The notes beneath the pieces were generated by a model. It was not told the origin of the DNA and made no database searches. It saw nothing but the letters and a program-made list of their open reading frames with translations. A program made the position numbers and the translations under genes. A DNA stretch of 64,000 nucleotides from Octopus vulgaris. Taxonomy: Eukaryota. Location: the NCBI GenBank assembly GCA_951406725.2, contig OX597814.1:19530001-19594000 (forward strand). Reading direction: 5' to 3'. Shown one piece after another: positions 53,663 through 64,000 of this stretch. Numbering within the stretch: position 1 is the first letter of the stretch; each line of letters opens with the position of its first letter.

Positions 53663-54285
53663 ATGTACACAAATGCAGGACAGGTATACATAATACTGAA
53701 TTACGCATAAAGTAAACACATGCAGATAAATATATTGATATAGAAATAATACATTTCTAAATCTCTCAGAGAGATTTATGCAGTAGTGATAAGATAAAGA
53801 AGTTGTATGCTGTCAACGTAATGTGACAGTATACAACTACTTTATATTAATATAACAAATTTTATAAAATAATGATAAAAATTATACTGTCAATGAAGAG
53901 ACAAAAGACACAATATGATGATACATGTTGACTTTATTAGTTAATTCTGTTTATTTATAAACCTACAATGAAATTAGGTATTTCTGTTTATTTAGAATTC
54001 TACAATGAAGAGGTCATTTCACAAACGCTAAACTATAAATTTCACAGAGTACAACTTTAAAGTTGACACCGCTCCGCTAAACGCAGAAAATTTCTCTCTC
54101 TTTATTGGCTAAAATTACACAGTTTCTTCGATTTTTAAACCTCTGTAAATTTTTCCTCCAATTTTTTTTCTCCACATCATACTTTCACAGTAATTAGACT
54201 GGAAAACTATATTACTATAGTAGATTTTCAGATTTTTTTTCTGTCTTTTAAAAAACGCATATTTTGCAAATGAAAAAAAAAAACT

Positions 54286-54637
54286 AGACCCAGATTCAGT
54301 CCCAGTGCGTGGCACCTTGGGCAAGTGTCTTCCACTATAACCTCGGGCCGACCAGTCTTGTGAGTAGATTAAGTAGATGGAAAAAACTAAATACATATGT
54401 ATGTATGTGTGAGTATATGTTTGTGTGTCTATGTTTTTCCCACAACCAACATAGCTTGACAACCCATGCTTGTATGTTTATGTCCCCATAACGTAGCGGT
54501 TCGGCAAAAAAAAAAGACTGATAAAATATTACTAGGCTTACAAAGAATAAGATCTGCGGACGATTTGCTCGACTAAAGGCAGTGCTCCAACATGGCTGCA
54601 GTCAAAATGACTGAAACAAGTAAACGAATAAAAGAAT
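54286..54637 (+). mobile_element. SINE family B, 5'-truncated and diverged
   Basis: TTCAGTCCCAGTGCGTGGCACCTTGGGCAAGTGTC .. GACTGAAACAAGTAAA. Confidence 0.85.
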
Positions 54638-55304
54638 ATCGTAAAGCCGTGGTACAGGCAAAAGACCTTATATATTGACGAATTTCATTTTTGTATCTTG
54701 TCCTAATTCTATCGTATTATCGAAAGGCCTCCTACGTATATATAAAATAATACCTGTGTCATATGTTTGTGGTTCCGATATAGTGTTTATGCGCTTACGT
54801 GTGCTTTATTTGTGTGTACATATGTATATATGCGTGTGTTCGTCTATGTGCTCGGATGAAGTATTTATCTGTACACGTGAACGTATAAGTATTTGTGTGT
54901 GTGTATGTGTGAATGTGAGTGCGTGTATTGTGTGCTTGTGTGCCCCAATGTTTATACATATGTGTGTGTCTTTGCGTGCTATTATATGTATTTAAGTATG
55001 TGTTCGTTCATGCTTTATGAGTGAGCGCGTTATGCGCATGTGTGTGTAACTGTATGTATGCTTGTACGAAGTATGTGTACGGAGCGGTGTATGTGCGAAT
55101 TTGTGTATGCGCGTGTGTGTGCATGTATGTTCATGTATGCGTGTTACGAAAACAGATATACGTTCCAAAACTCAGAACGTCATAAGATGGCCGCCATTGA
55201 TGCTGAAATATGTCTCAACGAAGGAACCTTACATGGGAAGGGTCACCACTTCAGTATTCTTTACTGTTGGTGTCAGGCTTGTTAGCTGCTGGGGCGCATG
55301 GTAT

Positions 55305-56352
<1,048 letters not shown>

Positions 56353-56740
56353 ACCATCATCATCATCCCTACGAGCCCCTCTCCTCCCCTCTCCCATTCC
56401 CCCTCCTCCTCGTCATCCTCATCGTCATCATCGTTGTCATCATCATCATCATCGTCATCACCATCATCATCATCATGGTTATCTACCTTGTTATCATCAT
56501 CATCGTCGTCGTCGTCGTCGTCATTATCAAAGCCGATGTCATTTTCACTGTCAGCATCACAACGATCATCTCCATTTCGTACATGACCACCATCAACACC
56601 ACACAACCAACTGCAACTCTACCACCACCACCACCACCACCAGCAGCAGCAAAACAAAATCCACAACTGTCGATACCGATCATGGATCATCATCATCATC
56701 ATAATCATCATTGTCATCATCATTGTGATGATGATGAGGA

Positions 56741-56779
<39 letters not shown>

Positions 56780-56983
56780 TGGTGGTGGTGATGGTGGTGG
56801 TGATGGTGGTGGTGGTGTTGTTGTTGTTGGTGGTGGTGGTGGTGAGGATTATGATGATTAAGGTGACTAACGACTGATTAATGAATGACTATAACGATAC
56901 CCGTAAAGAGTGAGAGCAAAAGAGAGAAACATAAAATCTGAAGAAAAAATAACAAAGCTGGATAGAGAAAGAGAGAAAGAAAG

Positions 56984-57229
<246 letters not shown>

Positions 57230-57601
57230 GACACGGTTTGAGAGGGATGGAGGGAAAAAGAGAAAGAACATTAGAAAGCAGAGGCAAATGAGGTCAGGTG
57301 ACACATGGATTGGCAAAGAGCAGACAGCGTGTCTCGGTGCTAGACACTGTTCACATCCGCTCGCTCGCTCGTTCGTTCCCTCGTCTCTCCATACCATCCC
57401 ACAAGGGACACATACAACTAAGTGATGGATGATGACTGCAGACGAGAGTGTATAAGAGGAGCAGTAGATATATAGCTATACCATATGGTGTGTTGAATAA
57501 TCTATTTCAATTGCCAACTTCCACAGACAACAATTGTTAATAACGACAACGACGACGACGACGATGATGATGACAACGGTACCGGCATCAACTGTAGCTG
57601 T

Positions 57602-57660
<59 letters not shown>

Positions 57661-57765
57661 GATGATGATGATGGTGATGATGATAGTGATGAAGATGATG
57701 ATGAAGGTGATGATGAGAATGATGATGAGGAGGACTCGGCGGCGGAGGAGGAGTATGGTGTTGAA

Positions 57766-57799
<34 letters not shown>

Positions 57800-58470
57800 G
57801 TGATGATGATAGAATGATAGTGAGGAGGAAAAGGATGATGGTAATTATGATGATGATGATGATGATGATGATGGCGATGGTTATGGTGATGATGATGATG
57901 ATGATGATAGTGATGAAGATGATGATGATGAAGGTGATGATGAGAATGATGATGAGGAGGACTCGGCGGCGGAGGAGGAGTATGGTGTTGAAGATGATGA
58001 TGATGATGATGAAGAGGAGAAGGGGAGGGTGATGATGATGGGATAATGATGATGATGATGGTGATGATGATGATGAGGATGACGATGATGACGATGATGA
58101 TTATAACGGTGATGATGATGCTGATGCTGATGAATATAATGGCGAGGAGGAGGACAAGGAGGAGGGGAGAGTGATGATAATGATGATGATGATGATGACA
58201 ATGATGATGATTATGATGAGGAGGAGGAGGATGACGTTGACGATGAGGATGATTATAATGGTGATGATGATGAGTATAAGGGCGAAGATGATGATTATGA
58301 TGATGATGAGGAGGAGGAGGAGGAGGAGGGGGCGAAGGCGAAGGAGGAGGAGAACGGTGAAGACGACAAGGAAGATAAGGATAGTGATTATGATAGTTAT
58401 GGTGAGGATGATGAGGATGGTGGTAGTCATGATAATGATGATGATGATGATGACCCGACGATGACGACAA
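57602..58470. repeat. (GAT)/(GAG) compound tract with a 227-bp-offset internal duplication
   Basis: ACTCGGCGGCGGAGGAGGAGTATGGTGTTGAAG at 57734 and 57961. Confidence 0.9.
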
Positions 58471-58632
58471 CGACGAAGGTTAAGCTAAGAGGAAGATGTG
58501 AAGATTGTGAAGAATGTTGAGAATATTCACTATACTTGCAACAAATGAATATATACATACATACACACAGACATGTATATATGCATACATACGCATGCGT
58601 GTATATTGCTTGTGTGTATGCTGATGAGAAAA

Positions 58633-59128
<496 letters not shown>

Positions 59129-59250
59129 ATTTACTTTATTTGCAAGTCAAGCATACATACATGCACTCCCACAGAGTTATATGCATACATACACACACAC
59201 ACACATGCATATAGACATGTGCATAACAACACACATATAGAAAAAAAATT

Positions 59251-59550
59251 CCGGCACTCCGTCAATTACTACGACGCGGCTTCCAGTTGATCCGATTAAC
59301 GGAACAGCCTGCTCGTGAAATTAGAGTGCAAGCGGTTGAACACTCAGCAGGTATGCGTATATTGAAAGTCTTTCTAAGAGAGGTTCAGCGTGACACAGAA
59401 ATACAGATTCTACTGATTTTTGCTAGCTGTATGAACTGTAGAAGCGTGAAATAAAGTGACTTGCTGAAGGCCACAATGCGTGACCGGGTATCGAACTCAT
59501 GACTTTACGATCGTGGGCCGAATATCCACACCACTAAACCATACGCTTTC
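59251..59550 (-). mobile_element. Old CORE-like SINE sharing the family A 3' tail
   Basis: CACTCCGTC..ACGACG..TTGATCCGAT.AACGGAACAGCCTGCTCGTGAAATT (A tail) joined to GTGAAATAAAGTGACTTGCTGAAGG (CORE-like) and a tRNA-like head. Confidence 0.7.
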
Positions 59551-59571
59551 ATACATATATTCATTCATACA

Positions 59572-59957
59572 TGGAAGCACTCCGTCGGTTACGACGACGA
59601 GGGTTCCGGTTGATCCGAATCAACGGAACAGCCTGCTCGTGAAATTAACGTGTAAGTGGCTGAGCACTCCACAGACACGTGTACCTTTAACGTAGTTCTC
59701 GGGGATATTCAGCGTGACACAGAGAGTGACAAGGCCGGCCCTTTGAAATACAGGTACAACAGAAACGGGAAGTAAGAGTGAGAGAAAGTTGTGGTGAAAG
59801 AGTACAGCAGGGATCACCACCATCCCCTGCCGGAGCCTCGTGGAGCTTTTAGGTGATTTCGCTCAATAAACACTCACAACGCCCGGTCTGGGAATCGAAA
59901 CCGCGATCCTACGACCGCGTGTCCGCTGCCCTAACCACTGGGCCATTGCGCCTCCAC
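59572..59957 (-). mobile_element. SINE family A, full length, 12-bp TSD
   Basis: TTCATTCATACA at 59560-59571 and 59958-59969. Confidence 0.93.
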
Positions 59958-60189
59958 TTCATTCATACAAACCACTAAAACGCGCGCCACACATGCATAT
60001 ATACATACATATATACAACACATTCATTCAGATATCTCTATAGGGAAAAGAGCAGGAGATGTGTTTCTGAGCTGTGAACGATTTTATATTTGAAGTTAAT
60101 ACAGTATATTTATATTGTTCAGAATGATCGTAATTTGGTATTATATTTAGTTTAACCATTTACAATATACCCTACATTCGTATATCTGT

Positions 60190-60600
60190 ACTCTTTTACT
60201 CTTTTAATCTTTTATTTATTTCAGTCATTTGACTGTGGCCATGCTGGAGCACCGCCTTTAGTCGAGCAAATCAACCCTAGGACTTATTCTTTGTAAGCCT
60301 AGTACTTATTCTATCGGTCTCTTTTGCTGAACTGCTAAGTTACGGGGACGTAAACACACCAGCAATGGTTGTCAAACACAGACACACAAATATTTACACA
60401 CACGTGCATACATACATATATATATATACATATATTCGACGGGCTTCTTTCAGTTTCCGTCTATCAAATCCACTCACAAGGCTTTGGTTGGCCCGAGGCT
60501 ATAGTAGAAGACACTTGCCCAAGGTGCCACGCAGTGGGACTGAACCCGGAACCAAGTGGCTGGTAAGCAAGCTACTTACCACACAGCCATTCCTACGCCT
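60190..60600 (-). mobile_element. SINE family B
   Basis: Consensus match with a small internal deletion. Confidence 0.9.
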
Positions 60601-60963
60601 ACGTAATTCATTTTTTTGTTTCAATTATTTGCCAAAATGCAAATTTTCTTGCGTTAAAGTTTTTCGTCATGTTATATTTTTCAATCGATGTCCGATAGCC
60701 TGTAGGTCACCCCAGGGCAAGGTGTAGTATCTGCTATCCTCCAGGGTCAGGGCAACGGCGAAGACGTCGGCAGTATGGCGCTGGATGGCCAACGAGGCTG
60801 AAGAGTCTCAGGTAGACCAACGGTTTGAAGACCACTGCAGCTATACGGATTAGCCATACCTGGACAACGATAGGTGCTCACTATGTTAAGCGCCATGGCA
60901 ACCCACCCCTTATATTTTACCTTGTATAGATCATGGAATGTCTGCCAACAAGAAAATGAATAA

Positions 60964-61377
60964 GATGGCGAGCTGGCAGAAACGTTAGCACGCCGGGCGA
61001 AATGCATAGCCGTATTACGTCTGCCGTTACGTTCTGAGTTCACATTCTGCCGAGGTCGACTTTGCCTTTCATCCTTTCTGGGTCGATTAAATAAGTACCA
61101 GTTACGCACTGGGGTTGATATAATCGACTTAATCCGTTTGTCTGTCCTTGTTTGTCCTCTCTGTGTTTAGCCCCTATTGGGTTGTAAAGAAATAGGTAGT
61201 TCGTCTGCCGCTACGTTCTGAGTTCAAATTCCGCCGAGGTCGACTTTGCCTTTCATCCTTTCGGGGTCGATTAAATAAGTACCAGTTACGCACTGGGGTC
61301 TATATAGTCGACTTAATCCGTTTGTCTGTCCTTGTTTGTCCCCTCTGTGTGTAGACCCTTGTGGGCAGTAAAGAAAT
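60964..61377 (+). mobile_element. SINE family C dimer with a single 14-bp TSD
   Basis: AAGAAAATGAATAA at 60950-60963 and 61378-61391; junction at 61195. Confidence 0.92.
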
Positions 61378-61497
61378 AAGAAAATGAATAACAACGTGAA
61401 AGATACCGGAAACGAGGTCTCGTTCGGTAGGGACTATCATTCGCTGCGGGAGATACCCGATCGTTATCATACTACTTCATCAACAACATCAGTATTT

Positions 61498-61721
61498 AAT
61501 TCTTTATTGCCCACAAGGGGCTAAACACAGAGGGGACAAACAAAGACAGACAAATGGATTAAGTCGATTACATCGACCTCAGTGCGTAACTGGTACTTAT
61601 TTAATCGACCCCGAAAGGATGAAAGGCAAAGTCGACCTCGGCGGAATTTGAACTCAGAACGTAGCGGCAGACGAAATACCGCTAAGAATTTCGCCCGGCG
61701 TGCTAACGGTTCTGCCAGCTG
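61498..61721 (-). mobile_element. SINE family C monomer
   Basis: Consensus match. Confidence 0.92.
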
Positions 61722-62535
61722 ACATGAACATGGTGGAGACTGAGCTGGTGAGAAGGAGAGCGAGAGGAAGGCAGGGGATGATTAGATGAAGCAGAGATTG
61801 AACGTGCAGAGCAAGAAAGACCTAGATGATATTGCGAGAGACAGAAATAAATGGAGGAACAAGCCATGATTCATCAAAGATATGAATATGCCATGACACA
61901 AGAGAGAGATAGAGAGAGATGGGGAGAGAGGAGAGAGAGAGAGAAAGAAAGAGAGAGTCCAATGAAGCTTTATAATAAAAATTGTTGAATTTGTACAACT
62001 TCCTCGTGTTTCGTTTCTTCGATATTCATTCAGTATTTTTGTGAGAATATGGGTGTTTTTATTATTAGGTTGGCGATGTGCTGATTACGTGTGGGCTGCG
62101 TGTAAAAGAGGAATGAACACTCACTAAATATAACCGTAAACATTCTTATTTTGTTGGAGATGCGTTGCAAGATATAATGGCATTCTGGCATATACCGTAT
62201 AAGCAAAAACCGAGCGAGTGGTCATGAATTACCTACAGTGAGAGAGGCATCGCGGCACAACGTGTAGGGCGCTGAAACAAAGAAAGAGGGCTAGTAGCTC
62301 TAGCTATGGGCAGTTGGAGAGCTAACTGCTCAAGAGGTAAATGAGGAAAAATCCTGTCAGTCGGGCTCCTTGTATGCGTTTCACGACTTCCGTTAAGGGC
62401 TGTTGTGCTTTGCGCATGAGTCGTGGATGACAGCTTCGTCCCTTCCGGGCCTTTTATTTTTTGTCTTGGGGTAATCCAAGTAGGCACGACGGGTACGCTA
62501 GTTTTATCTGAGAATATTGAATTAATATAGACAAA

Positions 62536-62815
62536 GGCGTTGCTGTGTGGTAAGAAGTTTGCTTTCCAGCTACCGCGTGGCACATTGTGCAAGTGTCTTC
62601 TACTATAGCTTCGGGCCGGCTAAAGCCTTGTGAATCCATTTGGTAAAGAGAAACTGAAAGAAGCTCGTCGTATATAAATATGTGTGCGTGTGCGTGTGTA
62701 TGTGTGTGTGCGTGCGTACGCGTGTATGTGTACGCATGTGTGTGTGCGTGTCTTCCTGTGTGTGTTTTTCCCATCACCTTTTGACGACCAGTATTTTTGT
62801 TTACGTTCCTGTAAC
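62536..62815 (+). mobile_element. Diverged SINE family B-related copy
   Basis: GCTGTGTGGTAAG..GCAAGTGTCTTCTACTATAG..AAACTGAAAGAAGCTCGTCG + microsatellite. Confidence 0.75.
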
Positions 62816-62819
62816 AGAC

Positions 62820-62871
<52 letters not shown>

Positions 62872-62872
62872 G

Positions 62873-62945
<73 letters not shown>

Positions 62946-63117
62946 GTGGAATTTAAATAAGAATCATCATTATGGTACATATTCGATCGGGCTCTTGTAA
63001 ATACACCGACACCGGTTGGCACGTTTGTGTGTGCGCAGGTGTGTGTGTATGTCCTTGTGTTCAGGCGAGTATACTGCCATTGATGTAGCAACATTTGAAA
63101 TATTGTCCAGGTAAATG

Positions 63118-63184
63118 CAGCTGATGAAGACTAATCAAATTTACGATGACAAACGTATTTGAAGAGTCCGAAACCTAGGTACTG
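63118..63184 (+). ncRNA. Type I hammerhead ribozyme motif with palindromic helix III loop
   Basis: CAG-CTGATGA-AGACT..TCAAA..TACG-loop-CGTA-TTTGA..AGTCC-GAAAC-CTAG-GTA-CTG; full catalytic core; predicted cleavage after A63181. Confidence 0.75.
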
Positions 63185-63430
63185 GATTATCCGATTCTGG
63201 GTTATCCATTTATATAATGTTCTTCCTGGAGATAAGAAAGCATTTTTTGTTTGCTGCCCTCACACATCTTTGCTAGTATATACACATAGAAGCTTTACTA
63301 TAGTGTCGTAAATGTATTGACTGCTATTTCTAGTAAACATTGGTGCTTTGTTGTACCGCTACTCCATATTCATATATATATATATAAAATTACCTGTTAA
63401 AGGTAGTTTTTCTTGTGATTAAATGTACAC

Positions 63431-63496
<66 letters not shown>

Positions 63497-63870
63497 TAAA
63501 TTATATATTATATTATATTATATTATATTATATTATATTATACTATATTATATTATATTATATTATATTAAATTATATATTATATATTATATATATAGTG
63601 CAAAATTTCGAGGACACCAAGTGATGAATTATACAGCACACACACACACACACACACACACGTCTAATACATGAAGAAAAAATAACAGGAACGGTTTAAC
63701 ATCGAAGACATGGGATTAAAAATTTCTTTCGAATTCCAATTTAAAAGTTATGATTGAAATAGTCAGGCCAGTTTTTGTTCGGTCTATGTTTTTATATAAT
63801 TCAAATGTATATACATCATGCTCATTATTATTATTATCATTATTAGTGTTACTCTTAAGATTTTGTTATC

Positions 63871-63947
<77 letters not shown>

Positions 63948-64000
63948 GGTTTTTGTCGTTATTGTTGTTAATATTATTATTATCATAATATATATGTATA

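Larger units (their letters stand above)
60690..61905 (+). mobile_element. Internally deleted RTE-like element hosting two SINE C insertions
   Basis: ATGGCAACCCACCCCTTATATTTTACCTTG resembles an RTE 5' UTR motif; 3' part reads RRRARGRQ..DLDDIARDRNKWRN (RGR..A.DR..WR); (GA)n tail. Confidence 0.5.

Noticed and set aside
57502-58470. 322-aa His/Pro/Ile-rich ORF resembling a low-complexity transcription factor region
   Set aside because: Entirely (CAT)/(CCT) repeat with a local duplication; no folded domain.
60799-60830. CTGAAGA-GTCT-loop-AGAC hammerhead-like start
   Set aside because: Followed by CAAC rather than GAAA; no stem I or III.
62100-62500. GC-richer segment resembling a retroelement 5' UTR
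   Set aside because: No second copy, ORF motif or defined ends in the window.

Overview
AT-rich, microsatellite-saturated eukaryotic non-coding DNA (intergenic or deep intronic). The SINE repertoire and repeat density point to a cephalopod (Octopus-like) genome, which is an inference and was not database-checked. I found no credible host protein-coding exon, RNA gene or CRISPR array; nearly all supplied ORFs are translations of simple repeats. The window is a mosaic of: (i) three abundant tRNA-headed SINE families (called A, B and C here), with C forming 184-bp concatemers; (ii) Penelope-like element (PLE) relics, including two decayed RT/GIY-YIG fragments and several terminal pieces carrying hammerhead-ribozyme motifs (best at 63118-63184 and 32663-32715); (iii) non-LTR retrotransposon relics (R4/Dong-like, Tx1/L1-like, RTE-like, Jockey/CR1-like), several sitting in specific microsatellite types; (iv) mariner-like, hAT-like and Helitron-like non-autonomous elements; and (v) long simple and compound repeats. 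The most interesting signals are the hammerhead motifs (one family has a recurrent non-canonical CUGUNGA core), the apparently self-priming concatemeric SINE C, and the apparent partitioning of microsatellite targets among retroelement families. Coordinates were counted by hand and may be off by a few bases.
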